Source: Azolla caroliniana
Taxonomy: Eukaryota; Plantae; Polypodiophyta
Assembly (NCBI GenBank): GCA_043228905.1
Contig: JBHGNT010000008.1
Location: forward strand, 17,670,001 to 17,734,000
DNA length: 64,000 nucleotides
Direction of reading: 5' to 3'
The notes beneath the pieces were generated by a model, which saw nothing but the letters and a program-made list of their open reading frames with translations, did no database searches and was not told where the DNA came from. How positions within the stretch are numbered: position 1 is the stretch's first letter; each line of letters begins with the position of its first letter. This document shows, one piece after another, positions 11,245-24,200 of this stretch. Made by a program: the position numbers and the translations under genes.

Positions 11245-12280
11245 GTACAATTTCTTTAGCTACTGTAAACAGCCCTGCATTACTGTTATCAGATTCTAAT
11301 GTTTTCCTTTACATGTGGATGTTCTAAAGTTTCAATGTAGCCCAAGTAAGTTTGTTTGTATTTCATGGGCAGACAGGTTTGTATCATAAGCCAAACAGTA
11401 GTAATATGTGAGATCAATAGCTTTTAGATGACGTGAAGGTTGAGAATATGGTGTTAATCTGTTTTCTTTGGTAACTTCTTGTTTTCAAGTGGAAATTGTA
11501 ACCAGGAGGTTCTTTACATTAATGTGCTTTACCCTACCAACACGAAGTTTTTGTGAATGGACGAGAAATTCAGGAACCACCAACAGTATAAGTAGGAAAG
11601 CTTGTGTGCCTAGGATATAATCTGGGGAAGATGGGTTTTGCCCCAATAGTGGTTAGAGGGGTTACTTCAATTAATGACAGTAGCCATGTCATTCGAGGTT
11701 TGGTTTTATAGCTCACTTAGGCCTCTATCTTTCTTTCTTTTCTTCCTTCCCATAGATAACGTGTACGCATCATCAAGGTGAATTATTCATAAACAATGTG
11801 CATCACAAAGCTTAATTCATTCGTCCTGGTATGTGGATATGAAAAATATTCCTGCATTCATCTTTGTTTTGCTCCACACTCTTCCAGGAATGTTTCTCAC
11901 AGGTGAGTATTACCAGTAAGTTCAAAAAGCACATGAACATTTCATGACAATTATGGTAATCCACATTTAATGTAACAGTTAATATCGCTGGACATACAAC
12001 CACTCAAAAACACTCTAATCTTTAAGAGTCAGAAAGCCATCTACTCTGCAGTACAAACCTCGTCATGTCCTATATAATAATTCTGAATGAGTTTAATAAC
12101 ATCTACTACAAAACTGTAGCATACTCTTTAGTGCAGCGCCGCACCTCTATGCCTTCTTCTTGCATATGCTCTTTCACATCTCCTATTTGAACCTAAAAAA
12201 AATACAAGTCATTTTAGAAGGTAGAATGGGAATTTTCACGTATCATGTGTAAACAGGTACATACCAACAAACAATTCTTA
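8938..12280 (+). repeat. Long inverted repeat, arm A (partner 27782-33488)
   Basis: Colinear reverse-complement match. The ORF track shows identical peptides at 9368-9550/32877-33059 and 10095-10313/32106-32324, and near-identical peptides at 11812-12003/28044-28268. Confidence 0.95.
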
Positions 12281-15200
12281 AAGAAGGCAACATAAGGAGT
12301 TTTTATCATGAAGAGAAAAATTGTGCAGAAAAATGGAGAAGAAACCCTAGCCCTAAGAGTCCTTTATTTAATTATGATGGGTTTTGGTACAATTGAAAGA
12401 ATGACAAAACACATTTATTCTCAAGAATATACATATATATCACAACAGAAGAGACAACAAAGATCGCTTATGGTACACAAGGAGGCCAAGATCTGCCTGA
12501 TTGATACAACTTTAATCATTCTTAATAGTCTACCTCAAGATGGGCGAAATATATCCACTAAACCAATCTTGTCACACAATCTAGAAAGACTTACTGGCCC
12601 AAGTCCCGTTGCAAGATATTCGACTACGTGATCTTCAGAAGAAAGATTACTCAATTTTAATATTCCTGTATCAAGTTTCTCCTTGATAAAGAATCTGTCA
12701 ATTTCGATGTGCTTGGTCCTATCATGCCGTACCAGATTGTTGGCAATGCTGATTGCTGACTTATTGTCACACAACAGCTTCATCTGACTGTCTTGATTCA
12801 TTGTTAGTTCTATTAGGAGAGTTCTCAGCCAGAACATCTCCGCAATTTCTACAGCAATAACTCTATACTCTGCTTCTGCAGTGGGCCTTGCTACTACCAA
12901 CTGTTTCCTACTATTCCAAGAGACCAGATTGCCCCCAACAAACATTCAGTATCCTGATGTGGATTTCCTAACATCAGCACAACTAGCCCAATCAGAATTG
13001 CAATAGCCCTCAATTTTATAATGACCTTATTTATTAAAGATCAATCCCTTCCCCAATGCACCTTTGAGATATCTCAGAATCTAGTATACTGCATCCATAT
13101 TATGTTTCCTTGTATCCTACATGTAGCGACTTACCACACTAACTGCAAATGAAATATCTGGACAAGTGTGAGTCACAAATAAATCAGCTGACCTACCAAT
13201 CTCTGATACCTTTCACGATCAACTTTCTCTCCTGCAAGTACAGTTAACTTGACCTTTGGGTCAATTAGAGAAGCTACAGGCCTCCAACCCAACATTTCCC
13301 ATTTCTGTGAGAAGATCTCATACATATTTTCGCTGAGATAGAACAAATCCTGCCCCACGAGCTACCTCAATTCCAAGAAAGTATCGTAGCAAACCAACAT
13401 TCACCTCAAGCTCTTCACCCAGTTCCACCTTCAGTTGAGTATTATCTCCTTCATCGTTACCCGTGGTAATTATATTATCAAAATACACAAGTAATGTAGT
13501 ATGCTCCTTGTGTTGGTGGAAACACAAGGAGCAAACCAACATTCACCTCAAACTCTTCACCCAGTTCCACCTTCAGTTGAGTATTATCTCCATCGTTACC
13601 TGTGGTAATTATATTATCAAAATACACAAGTAATGTAGTATGCTAGTTGTGTTGGTGGAAACACACAATATGGCCCGCATTGATCTGCCGGTATCCCATA
13701 CCCACCATAGCCCTTCTTATCCTGTTGAACGAGACTCGAAGAGATTGCTTGAGTCCATAAAGAGATTTCCTAAGTCTGCAAACCTTGCCTACTGTTTGAA
13801 TTTTTCCAAACCCTGGGGGGATATCCATGTACACTTCATCAAATCTCCATGAAGGAATGCATTTTTACATCTAAATTAATATAAATTTCAATCCTTATTC
13901 ATTGCTATGAAAATAATCATTCTAACATTGCTCTTCCCACAGGTGCAAAAGTCTAATAACGATCTATTTTGACCTTTGAGGACTTTTATTGTAAACACCC
14001 ATTTGCACCAAACTGCCTTCTTTCTTGGTGGTAGTGACACGACAATCTCTCATGTTTTGTTCTTCTCAAGAGCTCCAAGCTCTTCTTGCATAGTTGCTTT
14101 TGACTTTGGATCTTCTTTAGCAACCTGTCAACACTTATAATGATGCAATGAATGCTCTATGTGTAGCTGATATGTTAGAACAATAGATAAACTGAGCAAC
14201 AACTCACATGGAGAATTCCACTTCAATACTCTACAGGGCATTCTATTGATCAATGAGGCAACTTGTCCCCACAACTGTTTTTTGACATTCATAGAAATCA
14301 TCATGCTTCTTGCTACCTCTAGAAAATGTTTGCTCTTCTGTCTCTGCTACTCTATTTTATACTGATATATATGGGCATGTAGTTTGATGTTGTATTCCTT
14401 GATCTGACAAGCATTCCCTAAACATCATGGTAGTATACTATGTTCCATTATCGAACCTCAACACCTACTGCTCTATGAAAATCTTTAAAGCAAGCAAATA
14501 CTTCATTCTTATTTTTCATCAAATATAACCAAGTAACATGACAAAAGTAGTGAGTGAAAGAGATAAAATATCTATATCCATGAATAGAACTTGTGGAACA
14601 CGTCCCCTATCATCAAAGTGTATTATATAAGAAGTAGGAGAACTTTTGAACTAACATAGTAGTTTGGTCTGGCAAACCAGCTTCATATGGCCACCTACAC
14701 ATCTTTGGGTGTGACACTTTTGTGCGTCTAAGGCATGAGTTGAGAAGCAAGTAAGATGCAATGTCCATGAGGGGAATAGTTATGGGCTATAGAGATTAAG
14801 GCAAAATGGGCTACAAGATTTGGTTAATATGTCCCTGAGATGTTGTATTTAATGAAGCAAGTCTGCTCAAAAATCATTGTGCCTCTTTAAGTCTGACTGT
14901 AGAAGAGTCAAATTTTAACCCTAATATGAACCCTCAGGGTGCACCATGATTGGTTGGAAATCATAATGAGCCAAATGATCTTGAGCAGGAAAATGACGCT
15001 CCTAATGGGCATATGCAGCTTACGTATTCATGCTGAAAACAGGGCTGGAAATGATTTACAGCAGCCCATTAACTGTGAAGATGGCAATGTCCCTTCTGAT
15101 GTAGATCAATTGCTGAATAATGTGGATCTACACATCCTAGGAGGCAAGTGAGTAGATATGACCCCTCTATACATTACATCATGATATCAGATGAGGGTGA

Positions 15201-18200
15201 GTGTCTTACTTATAAAGAGGCAAAACTATGTGAGCACAAGAAGTGGGAGTTAACCATGCAGGAAGAGAAACGCCGGGCATGAAAATGATACTTGGGGTTT
15301 GATTGAGTTGACCAAAGGTACGAAAGTCATTCCAAAAAAGTGGGTATACAAAATCAAAACTGCTGATGGCAAACCGAAGTATAAGGCAAGGCTGGTTTCC
15401 AAGGGATATGCCAAAAAAGAGGGTATTGATTTCCAAGAAGTTTACTCTCCCATGATTAAGACGACCACACAGCCGCCTTGGATTTGGAAGTATTCCAAAT
15501 GGATGTTAAAATAGCCTTTTTGCATGGTGATTTAGACAAAGAGTTGTACATGAAACAGCTAAATGGATATGCCATTCCTGGAAAAGAGCATCTGGTATGC
15601 AGGCTGAAATGGAGCTTATATGGGCTAACATAGGCACCCATGCAATGGTATATGAAGTTTGATGCATTTATCCTCAAACATGGGTTCAAAAGAGGACTTA
15701 GGGTTTAGGGATGAACACCAAAAAGGATGAAGATGGCAGCCCAAGTATTCTAGTACTGTATGAAGATGATATACTGCTGGCAGCCAAAAGGATATGCCAT
15801 TCCTGGAAAAGAGCATTTGGCATGCAGGCAGAAAAGGAGCTTATATGGGCTAAAATAGGCCCCCATGCAATGGTATATGAAGTTCAATGCATTTATACTC
15901 AAACATGGGTTCAAAAAAGGGCTTAGGGTTTAGGGATGAACACCAAAAAGGATGAAGATGGCAGCCCAATTATTCTAGTACTGTATGAGATGATATGCTG
16001 CTGGCAGTGAAGAAAAAGAGCACTCTGAATGCTCTAAAACAGCAGCGGAACTCTGTATTCTCAACGAAACACCTTGGATACACTGAGCATATGCTTGATA
16101 TGCGAATAAAAAGGGATAGGCAGCAGTGTACTTTGCATTTATCCCAGGAAATTGTTGGGGAAGCACATAACAATAAAACAATTCCACACGGAAGTCAACA
16201 AATTGTTTCCTCACTTGTCTTGTAAAATATAAGATTGTAATCAAACCAAACTAATCTGTGCAGCACTTCAGCAAGAAATTCCACACCCCAACACTAACAA
16301 ACCAATGATCACGGAGACGTGAGATTTACATGGAAAACCCTGATGTGGGGAAAAACCATGGAACCGTTCACAACGGCACCAAAACTCCACTAATCATCAA
16401 TAATCCAGTGGGCACAACAAGTTTTCATCTCTAGTTCAAAACTAGAGACTTTACAATCTTCAAGGTAAGTCCAATAATATATGGAGATAGAGAGATCGAA
16501 ACAATAATCCAACCGTTGGATTTGAAGAAGAGAGTGTCAAAAACAACTCACTAAATTCTGGTGAAGATCGGAGGTCGCTTGGTCATCGATCAGGGCTGGA
16601 ATAGTAGCTGGTTACTCTATCTTCTTTCTCTCTATATACTTTCTTGCTGCGTATTCTTTTTAGTATATTTCTAATAAACAGAAATAGTAATAATAAGGGT
16701 TATGTTTCTAAAAAAACCCTTATTACCCCTGCTAAGAACTTATAAGTGGAAACCTTGTAAAGGCCCTTTTCATACTAATTTGGACTCATTACAACATACA
16801 CATCCACATACTACTGTGGGTAAACAAAACATAGATCCAATTAATTATTTAGACCTCTTCATCCATGTAGGAGGGAACAACCCAACAGAAATGTACATTG
16901 AAAAAGTGTTGGACAGATTTAATGTGGCTGATGTGAGTGCCACTGTTATCCACTAGGGTTTTGCACCCATTAGTGACTGTGTAGACAATGTATTACAGAG
17001 CAATGAACACAGAACACAGATTATGGCAAACTATTCCAATCATGGAGAGATCAGAAAAACATGGTCTCTGTTATCATCACAACAGATGGTTCTGTTCGAA
17101 AGGGTGAACAGTCAAACCCATTTCAAAGGCGGTTATGAGAATATACTAATAATATATGAAAATACTATCTTTAACACTACCTTATGCAGCTCATGGGATA
17201 CATGAATATGTCCATATATGAGGACCTGATGATGAATCAATATAGATAGATATGTCCATATATGAGAGCCTGATGATGAATCCATCCTCCAACGTGAGTA
17301 AAAGTGTCTCTCATAGTGGGCAATGTTCTTATCAAGAGATTTCGGGCTGAGTGGAGTTATTTTGTTTTGCAACTTGATAATATCAAGTCGGCTCACTCTT
17401 TTATTTTCCATTTTGCTCATGTTTGGATGAGAACAATCCAACCTATATTAGAACGGATGTAATGCGAAGCAATCGTTCATGTCATTCAATATTCTACAAC
17501 TAGACTTACATCTTTAGACCCTTTGTAACAACCTGGTAGTCTGTGGATCTTTATAATCAATTGCTAACTTTGGAATAAAAAGATCTCAAAACAAGCCATT
17601 ATAAAAAAACATTTGTTCATTATACCTCTTGTCTATGAAATATGCCTGCTGCAAGTGCAGCTGAAGCACCTGTGCTAAGAAATACTTCAGAAAAATGCTT
17701 CTGCGAACCAGCACCACTGCTAGCAATCACAGGTATCCCCACAGCATTCGAGATAAGGTCAACAAGCTCCAGATCAAACCCGCGTCCTTGTCCTTCATGG
17801 AAACAGGAGTTAATAAACAAGTAACTTAGAATATTTAATATGCACAAGGCTTGTTTATAAGGGTGGCCAATTAGGTAATAGTTCACTCCATGCAGACTTT
17901 ATGTTTCCTGTTTTGGGCAGCTACAAACTTCATCCTTACTCAGGTTCTCACAATAATACATGTATATGTAGATGAAAGTAGTCAATATGATTAAAGATGA
18001 TGGCGGATTAGGAGTGAGCTTGAAAATTCACTTCCTTAAAACATTGACTGTGGATTTTCAAATTTAGGATTCCTCAATTAGTGTTAATGATTTCAGCAAG
18101 AGAAATATTACATGTATTATATGTCGATAACAGAGATTCATTACCATCACAATCAATACAATTTAGAAGTATTTCACCAGCACCAAGCTCCTCTACTGCT

Positions 18201-21200
18201 TGAGCAAGTTCATATGCTCCAATTGACCGACCTTCACGCCCTCCATTCACCTGCAGAAATATACCACACGGATATGATTGAGAGAGACGTCTTAAATGAG
18301 CAAATGTGCATGCAATTAAAATATATATGAAAAACATATACCGTGCATTGATACCACACGTACTCCTCTCCATTTGGACCTAAATAAACATTAGAATGAT
18401 TATTCTTGACAACATTAAGCAAACAGGAATAGAACAATGACATACCTGGGTCACGCACTTTAATAGTTTTGAAAGGAATTTCTTCAGGGGAAGGCACATA
18501 TACACGTCGGGGGTCAATGCTAACCACTACAGCCTAGCAAGAAAACTTAAATATTTTCAAGATAACGTCATACGAAATTTACATTATTTAGAACGTTGAA
18601 TAGATACTAGCCTGATTTCCATATACGTATGATATTTGCTCTAAGCTGCTCCTCCCTGACTTCAACTGAGAAAAACAGAATTAATTAGTACGATATAACA
18701 GTTTCCACTTAGATGAAAACCACCCAATCGTACACATAAAGATTCTTCCTTACCCATACACATACACATGTTTAACTTTGTTCTATTCCAGGTATAAAAA
18801 TTGAGATTCAATGAATGATTCTATTGAGAATGATTAAAGTTATAGCCAAACGGCTAGCCAGCCCCAAAAGCTAGTTTGCCTAACGGATAGATCTTGGCCT
18901 TCTCCTCATGTAACATAAGCGATCCCTGTGTTTTCTCTCTCCTGTTGTGACATATATGTATATTCTTGAGAATAAATGTGTTTTCTCATTTTTACAATTT
19001 GGTATCAAAGCCTAGATCTGCACCTCTGCCAAACCCTCGCCCCACCCCTCTCCTAGTGCAACAGCAGTCAGAACAGCACCGTCCTAGCATCCAGAGAAGA
19101 TGGCAGTGTTATGTGATTGAGAGATGACTTGAGAAAAGAAGTCAAAAGAGAAGAGAAGAGATATTCTAGGTTGAGAAGATGGATAAGGTTTTGTCAAAAT
19201 TAAACGAGGATGAGGTGAAAACATTGGTGAAATACATGAAGCAGGCTGACATTGTAACATCTAGAGGTGTGACAAGAACACAACCACCACCTAGACTTGA
19301 ACTCCTCCCAAGTGACTTCAAACTCGATCAAGGACAAGCCTTGATGGCTATCTAACGGGAAAAGAGAAAGAACCTCCTGTTAAAACAAGTAGTTAGTGGA
19401 AAGCATGGAGAGCTACCCACATGTCTTTGTATAGTTGGCTTCTCAACTCCATGGTTCCATTAGTTGCCACCACTATTGGTGGAATTCAAAATGTGAAGGA
19501 GATTTGGGAAAAATTACAAAAGAGCTATGCTGGGAGGGGAAATGAAGGCAGCACGAGGATTAGGGTTTAGGTCAAAAATAGAGAGGGAGAGAGTCTGAGT
19601 GAGAGACAAAGGGAGAGAGCGAGATGCACGTTGTCTTGGGTACAAAGAGTGTACCTCTTTTTTGGTTTTTAGATATTATGTATATACAAGTCAAAAGTGT
19701 GCTACGAGTGCATTCACACTCGTGCACTAATAAAAGGCACGATGGCCCTTTATTCCCAACAACCTCCCATCTAAAGACAATGTGCTGTGAGAAGAAAAAA
19801 AAAAGTCAGCTAAGTCCAAGTATGTACAAAGCTGAACTACATACATCTATACAACTCCCATCATCTGTCAGCAATGAGCAAATCGCTCAGCTGGAAGACC
19901 CTTCGTGAGAGGATCTGCAGGATTATTATTTGTATGTACTTTGACAAGCTCAATGTTCTTGCTGTCAAGTACATCTCTGATGAAGTGATACTTCACCTCT
20001 ATGTGCTTCGTCTTTGCATGAAAGATAGGATTCCGAGCTAGCATGATAGCACTCTGGCTGTCACAATGAAGAATAGGTAACTTTGTAATGCCAAGATCTC
20101 TCACTAGATATGAAAGCCATAAAGCCTCTTTGCATGCCTCAGTGGCAGCAACATACTCTGCCTCTGTAGTAGACAATGCAACACACTTTTGTAGGCTGGA
20201 GATCCAAGAGACCGCTCCTCCTATGCAAGTAAACACATACCCAGAAGTAGACTTTCTGCAGTCGGCGTGACCAGCATAGTCTGCATCCGTAAAACCAATG
20301 ACAGATGCCTTTTGCTTTCCAAAGCAAATACACAAGTCCTTTGTGCCTTTGAGGTATCTCATAATACCTTTCATCGCTTCCCAATGCTTTTTGCCGGGAT
20401 TTGCCATGTACCTACTAACCACTCCCACTGCAAAGGCAATATCAGGGCGTGTAGCAACCATCGCATATATCAAACTGCCAACGGTTGAAGCATATGGAAC
20501 CTTAGCCATTTCAGCCTTCTCATAATCAGATGTAGGGGTGTCTTCTACACTGAGTTTCAAATATGGAGGCAATGGGACCCCAATTGTTTTCGCCCCCTCC
20601 ATATTGAAACGCTGCAAAACCTTAGAGATTTACTCCTGCTGAGATAGAAACAGTACCCCTTTCGATCGGTTTCAGAGTATTCGCATGCCCAGGATGTGAT
20701 TTGCATCACCAAGATCCTTCATATCAAAGCTGCCATGAAGGCTTTGCTTCAATGAATCCAAGGCATGAATATCCTTGCCAGCAATCAACATATCATCAAC
20801 ATACAAAACCAAGATAATCAGGTTGCCATCTCCTGCCTTCTTGGTGTACAAGCAGTGGTCCACTTGACTTATACGAAAACCTTGAGACTGCATAAAAGCA
20901 TCAAATTTATGATACCATTCTCTTGGTGCTTGTTTCAACACATACAAACTCCTTTTGAGCTTACAAACCATCTTCTCTTTGCCTTTAGCCACAAAACCTT
21001 CAGGCTGCTGCATATATATGTCTTCATGCAGATCACCATGTAAAAAGGCAGTCTTCACATCCATCTGTATGAGCTCCATATCTTCGGATGCAACTAAGCC
21101 CAAAATGATTCTTAATGTAGTCATCTTGACTACATGCGAGAAGATCTCATCAAAATCAACTCCATATTCCTGCTTGTATCCTTTTGCAACCAATCTTGCT

Positions 21201-24200
21201 TTGTACTTTGGCAAGGAATCAGAAATGACCTTCATTTTATAAACCCATTTGCATGGAAGTGTTTTCTGCCCTTTAGGAACCTGCACCAAATCCCAAGTGT
21301 CATTTTTCTCAAGAGATTCCATCTCTGACAACATGGCTTTATACCATTTCTTGGTGTCCTGTCTGTCCATTGCTTCCTTGAAGCAAGACGGTTCGCCACA
21401 ATCAGTCACCATGACATAATCGTCCACACTGTTTGCATCAGGAACAAATCTGTCAGGCTGTCTAGTATCTCTAGACGATCTCCTAACCCAATGCTCATTG
21501 TTTGGTAGCTGTTGAGCCTGCAAATCATCATTTTCAATTTGCAGTCCAGGCATTTCAGCCTGCAAATCAGCATTCACAGCTTGCTGTTCTAGCTGTTCCT
21601 GCACATTTGGTGGCTGATCATTATTGGCAAAGGCTGGCTGATCATTTCCAACCTCATTTTCTGCATTTGCAGGTAAGTTTACAGCAGGTGTTTGCCGCTG
21701 TACAGCGGGCACATTTTTCTGTCTAAAAGGTATTTCTTCTCGGAATACAACCCTCCGTACTTCCTCGGTCTTTTCGGGTTGTTTATGCATGCAATTTTCC
21801 CGGAAGATGACATCATTGCTGCGTACTATTTTTCTTTTCTCGGGATCCCACAATCTATACCCCATTTCACCCTCGTCACTATATCCTAGGAAAATACATT
21901 TGCAGGACTTTGGCTCAAGTTTGTTGCGTTCTTCTTTACGAATGTGCACAAAAGCCTCACAGCCAAACACTCTCAAGTGAGCATATGAAGGTGGCTTGCC
22001 CGACCACGCTTCTTGGGGTATTCCCCCTCCCAAAGACCTGTCAGGTGACCGATTAATCAAGTGAACAACTGTCATAACAGCCTCTGCCCAAAAACCATGG
22101 GGTAACGCAGCATGAGACAACATAGTACGGACCTTATCTTGAATGGTCCGATTCATACGCTCTGCAACTCCATTATTCCGAGGCACCTATAATAACCGAG
22201 GCATTGTTCTGATCAGTGACATTTATCCAACGTCTTTGGGAGCTACCTAAACAAAGGTACCACTTATGTCATCAAGACAACTGGCTGAAAATGGAGACAC
22301 TCATTGTTGGTATGGTGAAACACAGCTATGGTTCGAGTCACATGGCATGAGTATAAATGCACTACCGCCGTTCCAATATAGCTTGGACTGTCCCCGCCTA
22401 AATATGACCAAAGTGGAAAAGAATATAGTGATCCGGACTGATATTATTAACTTGGAAAACAAGATAACTTGGATCAGCCCCAAAATACCACTAGGTACAA
22501 AGATGGCCCACTATAAAACGCACTTCTTACATACATCCGAGGATGGATTCGTCATCAGGCCACCTTATATGGACAAACATCTATCCTATGCGCTGCTTAG
22601 TGTGATAGGGCAGCTAAGAACTCAGCTACAGATTGAGGTAGGCAGATATACACGACTACCTCTAGAAGAGAGAATTTGCCAATTGTGTCATCAAGGAGTG
22701 GAATCTGAGGAACACTATGTTTGTCATTGTAGTGTCTTTTATGAAATCAGAGGGAGATACCGTTGCCTCTTTAACAAGGCTTTGGCCCACTACGAAAGGT
22801 AATGGAATATGAGGACCAACGATGCCTAAGACTTTTCTTGCTAGAGCTCAAGAGACATCGGGAAAAGTTGTTGTAGAATACAGCCACACAAGCTCATCCA
22901 CAAAGAACAATCACAACTTTCTTTAGCCCCATCACTCCTACTAATCCTACAAGTCCATCACGGGATACACAAATGGGCTCCAGACCAGGACATAACAAAG
23001 GGGTTACAATTGATCGGGCAATAGCAATTTGCCGTGCACGTAGGCCCCGCCTCCATGGACCACGACCTCGACACCCTTGTCATCTACATATAAAAGCCAT
23101 TATCTCCCACCATCGTAGGTGCTTCCCTTGCTTTGGAGACATTTCCATTTTGGATCAATCTATACTAGAGATCTTTCGAAGACAAAAGCTACAATATACC
23201 TAACTTGAGAATCTCACATGTGCCAAAAACCAGATTCCCTTGTTTTCTTCTCTTTTCATCTTATTTACTTTTATATTTACTGTGTAGTATTTATTTTATT
23301 TTGATTTGTTCTCAAAGACGATACAACACTCAAGATGTAATCTCTTATTTGGTCTTATAGGCCATTTTGGCCTCTTAAAAGACGTTAATATATCTTTCTT
23401 TCTTCTTTCTTTCTCCCGTTCTGACATATATGTATATCCTTGAGAATAAATGTGTTTTCTCATTTTTTGAATTGATTCTACCTATGAAAATTTATCCAAA
23501 ATCGATCATATCCTTTTCAAGGAATTTCTAATGAACTAAAGATGTTGTATTAAAGGTGGTTTGTATCTCAATTTTCCACTAAGCTTATTTTGAGTTTTAT
23601 TTCTATCTTTTAGCATTCTACATTCTTGCATTATCCAAGTACATTTTATCTGCTGTTTCGGGCTCTTAATTTTTTTAAGTCATGGAAACTCTATTCTTGT
23701 GTGCTCATGAGATTTATTTTTCTTGTACTAACAACTTTTTGATGTTCTGGAAAAGAAAAGCACTCAGTCTTTGCTTTTGTGCTAGGCTCATTTGCATGGC
23801 CTATTCCCTTCTCCAAGAGTTTTCTACCTCATAAGACTTGAACTAGCTTTCCGTTGACTCACTAGCAAACTATGCCTTGTCCATGTCCAATTCGTCGAAA
23901 ACTCAGTAGCTATTGATGGGTTTGTCCAACTCTACCTCATTCAGACTAATATCACCCCAATAAAAAACAAACCAAGTTACTTATATATGTGATGTATCAC
24001 AGCAAATAATTTTCTACTGAACCTATGTACATAGCTTTGCGTGATTTAACCAAATGTAGTCTGATATAGAAAATCAATCTTTGTAAATTAATTTATCTCA
24101 GAAAGGATGAAAGAGGATCCTACAGGCAGGTCTTGTAAATATGAAAATGAATGCATTTTGCGGAAACTAAATTCTAATCTTTTGTAAGGCAAGGCATCTA

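Noticed and set aside
8938-12280. Inverted repeat as a simple assembly duplication, or as a second functional HisHF
   Set aside because: The arms differ by many substitutions, indels and a 2.25-kb deletion, so this is not a copy artefact. Arm A lacks exons 1-5 and 8 and is frameshifted, so it is not a gene.
17620-17625. HisHF ending at HRQEV* straight after exon 19
   Set aside because: GAG|GTATAA is a good donor, and the conserved C-terminal helix exon exists at 12106-12192. Intron retention cannot be fully excluded.
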